DNA of 64,000 bases, taken from the NCBI GenBank assembly GCA_049288625.1, contig JBAQIB010000033.1:50890-114889 (forward strand), read 5' to 3'. Positions 1 through 10,700 of the stretch are shown here, piece by piece; positions within the stretch are counted from its first letter, which is position 1; every line of letters begins with the position of its first letter. Made by a program: the position numbers and the translations under genes. The notes beneath the pieces were generated by a model. It saw only the letters and a list, made by a program, of their open reading frames with translations, ran no database searches and was not told where the DNA came from. Source of the DNA: Terriglobales bacterium (lineage in GTDB: Bacteria > Acidobacteriota > Terriglobia > Terriglobales > Acidobacteriaceae).

Positions 1-96
1 GGTGCGCAAGGCGGGGTGCATCCGGTGATCATCTCTGGTGTCGTAGGCCACAAGTTAGTGGAACTTGCTGCTGAGGTATACGACCGCGGATCGTGA
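1..96 (+). CDS. 3' end of an unidentified CDS entering from upstream of the window (...VIISGVVGHKLVELAAEVYDRGS*)
   Basis: Frame 1 is open from base 1 to TGA at 94-96. Only 31 codons are visible, so no family can be assigned. Confidence 0.25.
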   Translation, partial: GAQGGVHPVIISGVVGHKLVELAAEVYDRGS

Positions 97-153
97 CGAT
101 CAAATGGCTCCGTGCAATGAACAACCCCCGAAAAGTGTCACCTCCATGGAAGA

Positions 154-229
<76 letters not shown>

Positions 230-256
230 GAAGGGTGTGTGGTGTGAAGAATTTAG

Positions 257-262
257 ATTATA
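257..262 (-). promoter_or_regulatory. candidate -10 hexamer (TATAAT on the minus strand) upstream of tRNA-Lys
   Basis: Perfect TATAAT 27 nt upstream of the mature tRNA 5' end. No convincing -35 element. Confidence 0.3.
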
Positions 263-525
263 TCATCAGCAGCAGTTTGAGAATCCGCGCTCACTCCCGC
301 GGCCCCGCCACGCCGCAAAAAACCTGGTTAGACCGCTCCCTTACAAGGCCGATTTGCTTCGTGTCAACTCGCGGTACATGCCCAGCAGATACCTACCTTT
401 GTTACCCTTTCGTCCCTAGACTGAATCAGTGGCCGGCACTTAGTCGCTTGCGGACAAGAAGGCGGCCGCTTCGTGTGATTTTGAAGGGTGTGACAGACGG
501 GGATTCGGTTCATAGCCACCAACCG

Positions 526-1134
526 CTAACCGTTGTTTTTCCATTGATAGGCGTTCGGCTGGGGAAGGTCGATGTGGGCGAGCACGCGGTTTGAGAAGTC
601 CTGGGCCATCGCATCCGCACTCGAGGGATGGTTATAGAAGGTTGGGATTAGCGGAAAGATGGTCGCGCCGGCATCAGCGGCGAGCGACATGTTGCGAATG
701 TGGATCTTGTTGAGTGGGGTTTCGCGCACGCAGAGTACAAGCGGGCGGCGCTCTTTGAGAGTTACGTCGGCGGCCCGGTCGATTAGATGCGAAGCCATAC
801 CGTTGGCGATGCGGCCGAGGGTGCCCATGCTGCACGGAATTACGACCATTGCGTCCGACGGATACGACCCGCTGGCCACGTTCGCCCCGATGTCGGCGTT
901 CGATTGGACGTGAATTTTCGCCGACGCGGCGCCGATGATTTGTCGTATCAGATCCGAGCGGCGTTCGATCGATAGTTCTTCGGCCAAGACGCGCAGGCCA
1001 CTGTCGGAAGCGATGAAGTTAACGGTCTTCACGCGGTGATCGCGTTCGACCGCGAGTAGGAAGTGTTTAAGGAAGATGGACCCGCTGGCGCCAGTGGTGG
1101 CGATGGTCAGGTTTTCCGGCGGGTATACAGGCAA
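526..1134 (-). CDS. ubiX: flavin prenyltransferase, UbiX/Pad1 family
   Basis: 202 aa. N-terminal TTGASGSI nucleotide-binding loop, VIPCSMGTLGRIANG and RPLVLCVRETPLN blocks typical of UbiX. Confidence 0.9.
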   Translation of the reverse strand: MPVYPPENLTIATTGASGSIFLKHFLLAVERDHRVKTVNFIASDSGLRVLAEELSIERRSDLIRQIIGAASAKIHVQSNADIGANVASGSYPSDAMVVIPCSMGTLGRIANGMASHLIDRAADVTLKERRPLVLCVRETPLNKIHIRNMSLAADAGATIFPLIPTFYNHPSSADAMAQDFSNRVLAHIDLPQPNAYQWKNNG

Positions 1135-1293
1135 AATTGGTGCCCCCTAGAGCATAAGAAACGGCCGAGTGGCTCAAGACGTTTGAGCATAGGGGCGCAT
1201 CCAAAACAAGTCAAGGCGCATTGGAGACGCTGCAGATTCTTGCCGGGATGCAGATGAGGCGCGACAAGCCTAGAAGGTATCGGCACTGATTCG

Positions 1294-2946
1294 ATGGCGA
1301 CAACTGGCATCTTACGATCGCGGCGCAGCGTGGCGCAGTTGCACGCAACCGCCAGCGTGGAACGAGAAATTCGCTCCTACGACCAGGCTGGCGGACGGAA
1401 ATACTTGCGCGATTTCTACGACGCCTACCGCTCTTACCAAGCCGTACTCGACCCGATCCAGGTGCGTGAAGCGATCTCGGAAGCCGAAATCGCGCTCATC
1501 GCGGACTATCACGCATTGCCCAGCTCGCAGCGGTACATGGCATCGCTAATCCGCGATGCGGCAGTTCGCCGGCGATCCGTGGTCGTAGGCGTGGAAACGA
1601 TTTTTTCGCGCGACCAGCACATTATCGATGAGTGGTGGCGCGGCGAGATCGATGAAGCCGAGCTTCGCCAGCGCATTCGGTTTGATCTCGACTGGGGCTA
1701 TGACTGGGATCCGTTCTATGACTTACTCTCGTCGGCGCGTGAACACGCCGTGGGCCTTTATGGTCTGGACTGCATGCCGCGCGAAGATCTGAGGAAGATC
1801 GGAGCGCGCGACCGGCACGCGGCCGGAAAAATCGCAGAGATCCGGCGGCGCCACCCGGACGCGCTGGCCATGGTGCTTTTCGGCGAGTCGCACCTCGCGC
1901 CACGGCATTTGCCCGTGCAGGTCCACAGCCTGTGTCCGGAAGATCGAACGCTGATTGTTCTGCAAAACGTGGACGGTCTCTACTGGCGAGCTGCGGGCGA
2001 AAAGCTCGATCACGTGGAGGCGGTCCGCGTTGCAGATGATGTTCTCTGCGTTTTCAATGCGACGCCGCTCGAAAAGTACGAACACTACCGCCTCTACTTG
2101 AATCGTTGTGTCCGGGATGACAGCGGCGCGCCCGATTTAGCCCCCACGGTCTTCAACCTGATTGATGGGCTGGTGCGCTTTCTTGGAATCAAGCTTTACT
2201 CCGCGCATAACACCACGCAGCCTCAGATGCTCGTGGATCTGATGCCGGAGGTTTATTCGCGCAACTCGGATGCGCTTTTGCGCCGGCTGCTTTCGCGCAA
2301 GGGCTTCCCGGTGGCTCAGCGCCGCTCGATGTTGCGCCGGGTCCGCGAACGCGGCAGCACGTATCTGGCACCGCTCAACGCCTTTTACATTCGCAAGTTC
2401 GAAATGATTTCGGCTACCGAGGATGCCACCCGCTTCCTTCATCACGCCTGCCGCGGAGTTCCCGATCGGGTCAACGGCAAAATTCCCACGGCTCGCGCAC
2501 CGGAGGACGATTTCTTCGCGGCGACCCTCGAAAACGCCGTGGCTTGCTTTGGGTCCCGTATCCTCTATCCGGCGCGTCCGGCATTTCGCGACGCCGATTT
2601 ACTGCAGCTGTACGAACTGACGCGCGGCGACCTCGAAGAGCAGAGTTCGCTGCCCTACTCCGATGTGCTTGAGGTTCTCGACTTTCTTGCATGGCACCGG
2701 CAATCGAGCCGTGGCTACCGGTTGCGACCGGCAAGTCCAGACTGGACCCGAGCACTCGCCTTCAATGGGCGGAAATGGGAATATCTCACCGAACAGCTTG
2801 GATGCCTGCTCGGAAACGACCTGTACGACGCTTACATTGAGGGGCGCATCGGCCCTGCCGCCTTGCGCCGCCTGTTCCTCGCTCACCTCGAAGAGCCGGG
2901 CGCTGCCAGCCACGTTTACGCTCATCTCCAGGCACGGCTGAAATAA
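1294..2946 (+). CDS. ChaN/Tiki-like (haem-binding uptake / erythromycin-esterase superfamily) domain protein with a long C-terminal extension
   Basis: 550 aa. N-terminal half (IALIADYHALPSSQ ... LFGESHLAPRHLP) resembles the ChaN pattern. C-terminal half unassigned. Confidence 0.45.
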   Translation: MATTGILRSRRSVAQLHATASVEREIRSYDQAGGRKYLRDFYDAYRSYQAVLDPIQVREAISEAEIALIADYHALPSSQRYMASLIRDAAVRRRSVVVGVETIFSRDQHIIDEWWRGEIDEAELRQRIRFDLDWGYDWDPFYDLLSSAREHAVGLYGLDCMPREDLRKIGARDRHAAGKIAEIRRRHPDALAMVLFGESHLAPRHLPVQVHSLCPEDRTLIVLQNVDGLYWRAAGEKLDHVEAVRVADDVLCVFNATPLEKYEHYRLYLNRCVRDDSGAPDLAPTVFNLIDGLVRFLGIKLYSAHNTTQPQMLVDLMPEVYSRNSDALLRRLLSRKGFPVAQRRSMLRRVRERGSTYLAPLNAFYIRKFEMISATEDATRFLHHACRGVPDRVNGKIPTARAPEDDFFAATLENAVACFGSRILYPARPAFRDADLLQLYELTRGDLEEQSSLPYSDVLEVLDFLAWHRQSSRGYRLRPASPDWTRALAFNGRKWEYLTEQLGCLLGNDLYDAYIEGRIGPAALRRLFLAHLEEPGAASHVYAHLQARLK

Positions 2947-3058
2947 GCACAGGGTTCAATCCTTCAAGGCTCCAAGGTTTCAGCATGCCTTCACTAGTAG
3001 CACCTCTAAACCTTGCAACTTTGAAACCTTGAAACCTTGCGGTATCCTCACCTGTCTG

Positions 3059-4174
3059 ATGCTTGACGACTCTCCACCTCAGGAACAAACGCCGGATGCG
3101 TTGATGCTGTTCGGCTTTTGGTATCGCGCGCTCGCCAGCGACACAATCCGCCGCAACGAATTGCAAGCGGCAATGCTGCTCGAACAGCCGCTTGTCATCG
3201 GCCGCGACGCTCAAGGCAAGCCGTTTGCTCTGCGTAACGCGTGCCCACACCGCGGCATGCCGCTTTCGTACGGACAGTTTGACGGGCAGCACGTCGAGTG
3301 CCCTTACCACGGCTGGAAATTCGATGCACACTCGGGCCAGTGCACGCTGATTCCGTCGCTCGTTGCCGGACAGAGGATCAAGGTCGATCGCATCTACGCC
3401 GGCAATTACCCCTGCGAAGAACACGACGATTTTATCTGGGTATTCGTCGCCGACCCTAGCCCGGCCAACGCCGGCTTTACGAAGGCTGCGCCTGCGCCCA
3501 CGCCTGCGCCTGAGATTCCGAAATTTAGCGAGCAGTACAAGCTCGCGTATCTCACGGCCGATCTTCCCTGCTCCGTCGATCACGGCATCATTGGGCTGAT
3601 GGATCCCGCTCATGGGCCTTTTGTCCACCAGGCCTGGTGGTGGCGCACACGGCATTCGATCCACGAGAAGCAGAAAACATTTGAGCCGATTCCCTATGGC
3701 TTCCGCATGAGCGCGCATACCCCCAGTTCGAACAGCGCGCCCTACAAGCTTCTTCGGTTCTACGCCAAAGCCGATTCGATCACGACAACGATAGATTTTG
3801 TCCTTCCCAATCTGCGGTCGGAAATCATCCGCGCCGGTAAGTATTGGTTCTCGAGCCTAACCACTGTTACACCAATTACGCGCAATCGGTGCCGCATCGA
3901 TGTGGTCGCGGCCTGGAATTTATTCCAGTGGATTCCCTTCGGATCAGAGCTGTTGAAGTTTGTCTTCGCAAAATTCGTGGAGCAGGACCGTCACACGATG
4001 GAACTGCAGTCCGAAGGCCTGAAGCACAACCCGCACCTGATGCTGATCGACGACGCCGATCGTCCCGCAAAGTGGTACTTCGCGCTGAAAAGCGCAATGC
4101 TGGAAGTGAAGAAGACGGACGGGGAATTCCAACATCCGATGACGGGTCCGGTGACGTTGAAGTGGAGGAGTTGA
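3059..4174 (+). CDS. Rieske [2Fe-2S] non-haem-iron oxygenase (PaO-like alpha subunit)
   Basis: CPHRGMPLS...CPYHGWKF Rieske motif plus D-x2-H-x4-H iron motif (DPAHGPFVH). ATG at 3059 chosen because the longer TTG start at 3029 lies inside an intergenic repeat. Confidence 0.85.
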   Translation: MLDDSPPQEQTPDALMLFGFWYRALASDTIRRNELQAAMLLEQPLVIGRDAQGKPFALRNACPHRGMPLSYGQFDGQHVECPYHGWKFDAHSGQCTLIPSLVAGQRIKVDRIYAGNYPCEEHDDFIWVFVADPSPANAGFTKAAPAPTPAPEIPKFSEQYKLAYLTADLPCSVDHGIIGLMDPAHGPFVHQAWWWRTRHSIHEKQKTFEPIPYGFRMSAHTPSSNSAPYKLLRFYAKADSITTTIDFVLPNLRSEIIRAGKYWFSSLTTVTPITRNRCRIDVVAAWNLFQWIPFGSELLKFVFAKFVEQDRHTMELQSEGLKHNPHLMLIDDADRPAKWYFALKSAMLEVKKTDGEFQHPMTGPVTLKWRS

Positions 4175-4244
4175 GAGCGGCGGCTACTAACGCCCTAGAA
4201 GCTGTCCTGGGAAGTACGAACCCAGAACTGGGAACTTTCTGAGA

Positions 4245-4607
4245 TTAGCCTTCCACCAGCCAGTCCATCGCTTCTTCCCGCGTCTTGAAGGTCACGATTT
4301 CGCGCTGGGAAAAACTGTGGAAATTTTCGAAGAACGCGTGCGGGATACTTTCGGTCCCGACCCACGCGGTCTTTTTCACGAAAGGACGGTCGAGGGTAAG
4401 CACCTCTTTGATCTTGGTGGCAACAGCGTGATCGACTTCGGCGCCTTCATAATCGGCCAGCGTTAGCACCGATTCGCGCGCATGTTGTGCCACCATTACG
4501 CGCACATGCTCCAACAAAAGCTGCATCTGATGCGCGGTCGCATGCGAAAAATCAAGCAACAGGATTTGCTTACCCTTGTGCTCGAAGAAGTGGACGCGGT
4601 CATCCAT
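4245..4607 (-). CDS. small hypothetical protein, possibly STAS/SpoIIAA-like fold
   Basis: ORF of 120-128 aa with balanced composition. ATG at 4607 (MDDRVHFFEHKGK...). Family assignment is weak. Confidence 0.4.
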   Translation of the reverse strand: MDDRVHFFEHKGKQILLLDFSHATAHQMQLLLEHVRVMVAQHARESVLTLADYEGAEVDHAVATKIKEVLTLDRPFVKKTAWVGTESIPHAFFENFHSFSQREIVTFKTREEAMDWLVEG

Positions 4608-4739
4608 GGACGTCCTCACCCCTAATGCCAAGAATCTGATCCTGATACCTTTGCGCTTGGCTCCCTACGGCTTCCCCGTTTCGTCCGCAATCAGGGAGTT
4701 CGCGGGAAGTCCACTGGGGACACAGCGTAACACAGAAGA

Positions 4740-7439
4740 CTATCCCAACAGCGACTCGACGACGCCATACACCTCGTCGAGCGCCGAGTCGAGCGCACTG
4801 GCATCTTTGCCGCCGGCCTCGGCCAGGTCGGGACGGCCGCCGCCCTTTCCGCCTACCTTCTCCGCCACTTTGCCGACGATTTTGCCGGCTTGCACGCGGC
4901 TGGTCAGATCTTTCGTGACGCCGGCAATCAGCGAGACGTTGCCATTCGATGCCGATCCGACCACGACCACGCCCGATCCCAGCTTTTCGCGCAACTGATC
5001 GACCAGTGTTCGCAACTGAGCGCGCTCCAGATTGTCGGCCCGGTGCGCGAGGACTTTGATGCCCCGCACTTCTTTGATCTTGTCGCCGATGTTGGCCGCG
5101 CTCGATGAGGCTGATTTCATGCGCGCCTGATCGAGTTCGCGCGTCAGGCGCTTGATTTCGACATCGCGGCGCTCGATTTCTGTGCGCAAGGCGTCGGCGG
5201 GCGACTCAGCTTCCTTGCTGGTCAGCGATGCCACGACGCCTTCCAGTTCGTGGTCCTTGCGGAAATGGCGCAGCGAGCCTTCTCCGGTAACAGCTTCGAT
5301 TCGCCGGACACCCGACGACACGCTGCCTTCTTTCAGAATTTTGATCAGGCCGATCTCGCCCGTTGCCAGCGTGTGCGTGCCGCCGCAAAGTTCGGTCGAG
5401 AAGTCTCCAATCTTGATGACGCGCACCTTGTCGCCATACTTTTCGCCGAACAGCGCCATGGCGTGATATTCGTTGACGGCAACATCAATCGGCACGTTGT
5501 CGACGATCTCGACCTTTTCGTTGCGCAGCACTTCCCTATTGATGATGTCCTCAATATCCTGCAACTCTTCTTCGGCGACTCCCGTAAAGTGCGAGAAATC
5601 AAATCGTAGATGGTTCGGCGCAACCAGAGAGCCGGCCTGCTTCACATGCTTACCAAGGACCTCGCGCAATCCGGCCTGCAACAAGTGCGTCGCCGTGTGA
5701 TTGCGCATGGTGGCTGCGCGGGTTTCGGTGTTGACGACGGCGTCGACTCTATCGCTCACGCGGATCGGTTGTTTGGCAACAACCTGGTGCGCACGCACTC
5801 CCTGAATCGGGTAGTAGCAGCCAGTGACTTCGGCGGCGACGGTATTGTGATCGTCAGAGTAGAGCCAGCCGCGATCGCCGACCTGCCCGCCGGACTCGGC
5901 ATAGAAGGGCGTGTGGTCGAGAATGATCTCGCCTTCGTCGCCAGCCTTGAGTTCCTGCGCGCCCTGGCCGTTCTTGATGATGGCGAGCACTTCACAATTG
6001 TCCGAGCGCGTCTGGCGGTAGCCCTCGAAGGTCGACGTCGGCAACTTCTGATAAACAGGGTTGGCGGTTTGCTTGACGGCACCTTTCCATGAGGCCTTGG
6101 CGCGCTCGCGCTGTTCCTGCATCGCGCGGTCAAAGCCAGCGTGATCAAAGGCAATCCCCTGGTCGCGAGCCGCGTCCTGCATGAAATCGAGCGGCATGCC
6201 GAAGGTATCGTAAAGCCTGAAGGCATCTTCGCCGGCAAGCGTCCCGCCGGCCGACAAAATGGCTTCCAGTTTTTCGAGTCCGATATTCAGAGTGTTGGCA
6301 AAGCGTACTTCCTCCGCCAGCACGGCTTTGGAAACGCGATCTGCTGATTCCTTCAGCTCCGGATACGCGTCCATCATCAGATCGCGCACAGCGAAAACCA
6401 TTTGACTTAGAAACGGTTTCGTCTGGCCGAGCAGTCGTCCGTGCGTTATGGCGCGGCGGATGATCTTGCGCAACACATAGCCACGTCCCTCATTCGATGG
6501 AATGACGCCATCGGAAATCAGGAATGTCGCCGCACGAGAGTGATCGGCGACGACACGAAGAGAAGCAGCCGACCTAGTATGTGCTTCCCTGTCGAGTTCC
6601 TTCTTGAGCGAAGTCCCCGTCAACTCCGCCGCCCGCTTGATCAGCGGCGTGAACAGATCCGTCTCGTAATTCGACATCACGCCCTGCAGGACCGAAGCCA
6701 CGCGCTCCAGCCCCATCCCCGTATCAATCGACGGCTTCGGCAGAGGCGTCAGCTTTCCGCTGGCGTCGCGGTCGAACTGCATGAAGACCAGATTCCAGAT
6801 CTCGACGTAGCGGCCGCAATCGCAGCCGAATTCGCAGGCGGGCGCGCTCGTGCCGTGGCCTTGGTCGCTCGCCGCGACGCCCATGTCGAAGTGAATCTCG
6901 CTGCACGGGCCGCAAGGGCCGGTATCGCCCATTTGCCAGAAATTATCTTTCGCGCCAAATTCGTAGATGCGCTCTTTGGGAACGCCCTGCCCGAGCCACA
7001 AATCGTAGGCTTCGGAGTCGCGCTCCACTCCGTTTTCGCCTTTGAAAATCGTGACGTATAGCTTGTCTTTATCGATCCCGAACCACGCGGGCGAGGTAAT
7101 CAACTCCCACGCATAGGCGACGGCGTCTTTCTTAAAGTAGTCACCAAAGCTGAAATTGCCCAGCATCTCGAAGAACGTGTGATGGCGGTTCGTGAAGCCT
7201 ACGTTTTCGAGATCGTTGTGCTTGCCGCCGGCACGCACACACTTTTGAGAAGTGGTGGCCCGCGAGTAGTCGCGCTTCTCCAGTCCAAGGAAGACATCCT
7301 TGAACTGGTTCATGCCGGCGTTGGTGAACAAAAGCGTCGGGTCGTTTGCCGGAACGAGCGACGACGAGTGCACCTCGCGGTGCCCCTTCTCGATGAAGAA
7401 GTCGAGGAATTTGCGGCGGATTTGGGAGCCTGTAAGCAT
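4740..7439 (-). CDS. alaS: alanine--tRNA ligase
   Basis: 899 aa. Class II motifs, [10 protein letters not shown], editing-domain HTATHLL and C-terminal DHHA1-like region. Confidence 0.98.
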   Translation of the reverse strand: MLTGSQIRRKFLDFFIEKGHREVHSSSLVPANDPTLLFTNAGMNQFKDVFLGLEKRDYSRATTSQKCVRAGGKHNDLENVGFTNRHHTFFEMLGNFSFGDYFKKDAVAYAWELITSPAWFGIDKDKLYVTIFKGENGVERDSEAYDLWLGQGVPKERIYEFGAKDNFWQMGDTGPCGPCSEIHFDMGVAASDQGHGTSAPACEFGCDCGRYVEIWNLVFMQFDRDASGKLTPLPKPSIDTGMGLERVASVLQGVMSNYETDLFTPLIKRAAELTGTSLKKELDREAHTRSAASLRVVADHSRAATFLISDGVIPSNEGRGYVLRKIIRRAITHGRLLGQTKPFLSQMVFAVRDLMMDAYPELKESADRVSKAVLAEEVRFANTLNIGLEKLEAILSAGGTLAGEDAFRLYDTFGMPLDFMQDAARDQGIAFDHAGFDRAMQEQRERAKASWKGAVKQTANPVYQKLPTSTFEGYRQTRSDNCEVLAIIKNGQGAQELKAGDEGEIILDHTPFYAESGGQVGDRGWLYSDDHNTVAAEVTGCYYPIQGVRAHQVVAKQPIRVSDRVDAVVNTETRAATMRNHTATHLLQAGLREVLGKHVKQAGSLVAPNHLRFDFSHFTGVAEEELQDIEDIINREVLRNEKVEIVDNVPIDVAVNEYHAMALFGEKYGDKVRVIKIGDFSTELCGGTHTLATGEIGLIKILKEGSVSSGVRRIEAVTGEGSLRHFRKDHELEGVVASLTSKEAESPADALRTEIERRDVEIKRLTRELDQARMKSASSSAANIGDKIKEVRGIKVLAHRADNLERAQLRTLVDQLREKLGSGVVVVGSASNGNVSLIAGVTKDLTSRVQAGKIVGKVAEKVGGKGGGRPDLAEAGGKDASALDSALDEVYGVVESLLG

Positions 7440-7473
7440 GGAAACCTAGATTCTAAATGATTACTGGGAAGGG

Positions 7474-7501
7474 CAGAGGTTAGAGGTCAGACTGCAGAGG
7501 T
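7474..7501. repeat. 4 x 7-nt direct repeat (cagaggt tagaggt cagactg cagaggt)
   Basis: Read directly. Lies 35 nt upstream of the alaS start. On the alaS mRNA strand the unit reads acctctg. Confidence 0.85.
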
Positions 7502-7590
7502 CAAAACCTTCAACCACGTGGGGAGCAGAGAAGTCTTTGTGGCACAGGAAACACGAGGGACACACGGAAAACCATTGCCCTCCAGCGCCG

Positions 7591-7648
7591 CGAGGAATCT
7601 GCTGCACGCCACAAGAATGCAGATCCCTCACGCTGCTGGGGATGACAA
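7591..7648. repeat. truncated copy of the TTGTCATTCCGAG-type inverted-repeat element
   Basis: cgaggaatctgc...gcagatccctcacgctgctggggatgacaa matches the inner and right arm of the full copies at 13085 and 26112. Confidence 0.6.
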
Positions 7649-7703
7649 TTCGCGCGAGGTCGAAGTTCACCACATCGCCTCGACGCCGACTTTACTTCCG
7701 ACT

Positions 7704-8078
7704 CTACTTCGCCACGTCTTCGGTTTTCTCGGCGCCCTTCTTGACGCCGTGGCCGACGGCCTTCGTGCCCTTCTTAACACCATGGCCAGTGTCCTTGGCA
7801 GCCGTCTTGGTAGCATCGCCCGTCTTGTCGGCGGCCTTTCCGGTATCCTTTGCGACCGTCTTGGTCGCTTTGCCAGTATCTTTCGCGCCCTTTTCGGTGG
7901 CGTGTCCTGTCTTAACCGCGACTTTCTTGGTGGCGTGGCCGGTATCCTTTGCGGCTGTGTCAGTCGCCTTCCCAGTGTCGTCGGCGGCTTTCTTCACGTC
8001 AGTCCCAACCTGAGCAAATACGAAGGAAGCCAAACCAAGCAGCAGGGCAATCAGCGTAAACGAGAATCTAGTCTTCAT
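7704..8078 (-). CDS. exported small protein made of about eight 11-residue repeats (LEA/apolipoprotein-like periodicity)
   Basis: Start MKTRFSFTLIALLLGLASFVFAQ (signal peptide) preceded by a GGAGG Shine-Dalgarno. Body is VKKAADDTGKA/TDTAAKDTGHA/TKKVAVKTGHA/TEKGAKDTGKA/TKTVAKDTGKA... Confidence 0.7.
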   Translation of the reverse strand: MKTRFSFTLIALLLGLASFVFAQVGTDVKKAADDTGKATDTAAKDTGHATKKVAVKTGHATEKGAKDTGKATKTVAKDTGKAADKTGDATKTAAKDTGHGVKKGTKAVGHGVKKGAEKTEDVAK

Positions 8079-8168
8079 AGTTCCTCCAGAACCTGTTGGC
8101 AGATTTTTACCAGAGTAACAGAAGGTAAGCAACCACATGCACGCCAGCGCACCAAACCCACCTTGATT

Positions 8169-8714
8169 TCACGACTGGGGTTCCGGAATCTCCTCTTCCA
8201 ACTCGGTTAGCGTCTCCTCCTCCACATCCCATTTTTTCAGAATCGTAAAGATGGTCTTTGATCCGAACCCGGCGCGCATGAGATTCCGGAAAATGCGAGC
8301 CGCGCTTTTCTGGTCCTTGGGTTTTTCCAGACGCTTACGCCGCAAGTAGGAGCGCGCCAAGTCCTCTTCTTTGACGCCTTCATAAACAGCGTCAACTGCT
8401 TTCTCGATGACGTCGCCGTGCACGCCCTTCGCTTTGAGATCCGTCACAACACGCATGCGGCCAAATTTTTCCGTATCGCGCCGGTACGAGGAATAGGCTG
8501 CCGCGTAACGGGCGTCGTTCAAATACCCGCGGTCCTTCAGGCGGACGATAATCAGCTCGACAAGCGTTTTACCGAATTCAGTTTCGGCTTCCACGCGATT
8601 GCGCAGCAGGCGCTTCAACTCGGCGACCGATCGACTGCGACGAGCAAGCGCACCAATCGCATAGTCATAAAGCTCCTCTTCGGTAAACAGCTTTCTCGGA
8701 CGTCCAAACGCCAT
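8169..8714 (-). CDS. recX: RecA regulator RecX
   Basis: 181 aa from ATG 8714. Three-helical-repeat pattern (YAIGALARRSRSVAELKRLL..., VRLKDRGYLNDARYAAAY...). The Arg-rich N-terminal extension of the longest ORF is rejected. Confidence 0.85.
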   Translation of the reverse strand: MAFGRPRKLFTEEELYDYAIGALARRSRSVAELKRLLRNRVEAETEFGKTLVELIIVRLKDRGYLNDARYAAAYSSYRRDTEKFGRMRVVTDLKAKGVHGDVIEKAVDAVYEGVKEEDLARSYLRRKRLEKPKDQKSAARIFRNLMRAGFGSKTIFTILKKWDVEEETLTELEEEIPEPQS

Positions 8715-8796
8715 GTCTACACGATAGCGCTGTGCGAAGTGGTTGTCAGCGTCCCAGAGAGCACAGAGCGTCGAGTTTGCTACTTTCTTCGGCTTG

Positions 8797-9390
8797 CTAG
8801 TGTGTTTCCGTCGCCGGAGTTGTGGTCGCCGGCGCTGGTGGAGTCGCCGCTGGCGGAGCCGCCGGCACTGCCGACGCCGGTGCCGCGGGCGGCGCGACCA
8901 AAGCGGCCTTTGCTGAAGACGGCAGCTTATCGGCGTTGGCCAGCAGCAGCGACATCTGCCACATCTGAGTTTCATTGAGCGATTTGCTAAAACCCGGCAT
9001 TCCGGTCAGACGAAAACCGTTGAAAATTTTCCAATAAGTTTCGCCCGGTTCATCGTCGGTCACGCCCTTGCCCTGAAAAAGCTGGGGCGGATGCGGATAC
9101 ATTCCCGTGGCGATCGCGCTCTTTGGCGCCAGCGGCAGCCCATGGCAAACCGCGCAATCTTGCTTGTACAGTTCGGCGCCCGCCAGGTAATTCACTTCGG
9201 TCGCCTGGATCGGCACGTTTTTCGGCATTTCCTTGTCGATGCGCGCATGCTGCGCCTTCCGTGCCAACACAGATTCGAACGGCATATCTGGGTCGGTCGT
9301 CGCCACTGGCGCACTGCCACCCGTGAGGTAGAAGTAAATCAGCGTCGGAACCAGAAGGATTCCCAGGATCAATCCAGCAATAAATTTCAA
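8797..9390 (-). CDS. membrane-anchored mono-haem c-type cytochrome with Pro/Ala-rich tail
   Basis: N-terminal TM helix, single CAVCHG haem-binding site, distal Met region (LTGMPGF). Confidence 0.8.
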   Translation of the reverse strand: MKFIAGLILGILLVPTLIYFYLTGGSAPVATTDPDMPFESVLARKAQHARIDKEMPKNVPIQATEVNYLAGAELYKQDCAVCHGLPLAPKSAIATGMYPHPPQLFQGKGVTDDEPGETYWKIFNGFRLTGMPGFSKSLNETQMWQMSLLLANADKLPSSAKAALVAPPAAPASAVPAAPPAATPPAPATTTPATETH

Positions 9391-9642
9391 AGGTCAGCCC
9401 TTCCTTTCTGAGGTTTGAATACTTTAGCATCCCAAAGCAGATGCGTGAGGAGAGCGGGGACGTTACCGTCGGCTCCCGACGCCTGAAAACTGCATCCAAG
9501 ATGGATGCGTTCAGTTTCGACTAAACCCGGCAGTTTTTTTACAAGACGATGACAGATTTCCAGGGCGCGGGACTTATGCTATTCGCGATGCATGCCATGC
9601 GCCCTGAACCAGCACGGCGCCACTGAGGACTCAAATCTAACC

Positions 9643-10692
9643 ATGCAAATCGTCAGCTCAGCCAGTGCATTTCCCGAACACTACTATCCGCAAGAGGAAC
9701 TGGTCGAAGAACTCCGCCAATACTGGGGCGATCGGATGAAAAATCCTGCGGTGCTGCGCCGTCTGCATCGTCACGTCGGGGTCGACGGTCGCTTTCTGTC
9801 GCTCCCCAAGACCGATTACCTCAACATGAAAACCTGGGGAGAGGCCAATCGGCACTGGATTCGCGTGGCGACAGAACTGGGGGAGAAAGCGGTAAGCGGC
9901 GCGCTCGCCCACGCCGGCTTGCACGCGCAAGATCTCGGAGCTTTTTTCTTTACCTCTGTGACCGGGATTTCGAGTCCTTCGATCGATGCGCTGCTGATCA
10001 ACAAGATGGGTTTGTGCCGCAATATCCGCCGCCTCCCGATCTTCGGATTGGGCTGCGTCGCAGGTGCGGCTGGCATTTCACGCGCGGCAGACTATGTAAA
10101 GGCGAACCCTGGGCAGATCGCCGTGTTGCTTTCAGTGGAACTTTGTTCCCTCACGATTCAGCGAGAAGATCTCTCAGTGGCCAACCTAATTTCGTCGGGG
10201 CTGTTTGGCGATGGGGCTGCAGCCGTAATTGTCGCGGGCGCCGATTGCGGCCTCGAAGGACCGACCATCGTCGCGACCCAGTCAGTCTTCTATCCTGAAA
10301 CCGAAGAGATGATGGGCTGGGACATCTCGGAAAAAGGCTTCCGCATCGTTCTTTCGCCGGAGGTGCCGAATTTGGTGCGGAAAAATCTCGCCCACGACGT
10401 CAACGACTTCCTTGCGACGCGCGGGCTTACGCGAGCCGATATTGGGAGCTGGGTGTTGCATACCGGAGGCCCCAAGATTCTGGAAGCCACGGCCGAAGCT
10501 CTCGAACTCAAGAATGGCCAGCTCGACGCCTCCTGGGAATGCCTGCGACGGACCGGTAATCTGTCGTCGGCGTCGGTCTTGGTCGTGCTCGAAGATGTAA
10601 TGAAGAACCGTCGCCCCAAACCGGGCACGCTCGGCATTCTGGCCGCCATGGGACCGGGGTTCTGTTCGGAATTTTTGTTGCTCAAATGGTGA
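9643..10692 (+). CDS. type III polyketide synthase (chalcone/stilbene synthase family)
   Basis: 349 aa from ATG 9643. Active-site Cys in FGLGCVAGAAG, HTGGPKILE His block, GPGF C-terminal motif. Confidence 0.9.
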   Translation: MQIVSSASAFPEHYYPQEELVEELRQYWGDRMKNPAVLRRLHRHVGVDGRFLSLPKTDYLNMKTWGEANRHWIRVATELGEKAVSGALAHAGLHAQDLGAFFFTSVTGISSPSIDALLINKMGLCRNIRRLPIFGLGCVAGAAGISRAADYVKANPGQIAVLLSVELCSLTIQREDLSVANLISSGLFGDGAAAVIVAGADCGLEGPTIVATQSVFYPETEEMMGWDISEKGFRIVLSPEVPNLVRKNLAHDVNDFLATRGLTRADIGSWVLHTGGPKILEATAEALELKNGQLDASWECLRRTGNLSSASVLVVLEDVMKNRRPKPGTLGILAAMGPGFCSEFLLLKW

Positions 10693-10700
10693 GAGCTGCA

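Noticed and set aside
8715-8975. Arg/Cys/Pro-rich N-terminal extension of the recX ORF (start 8975)
   Set aside because: It overlaps the cytochrome c gene 3' end in another frame and is compositionally non-protein-like. The RecX homology begins at ATG 8714.
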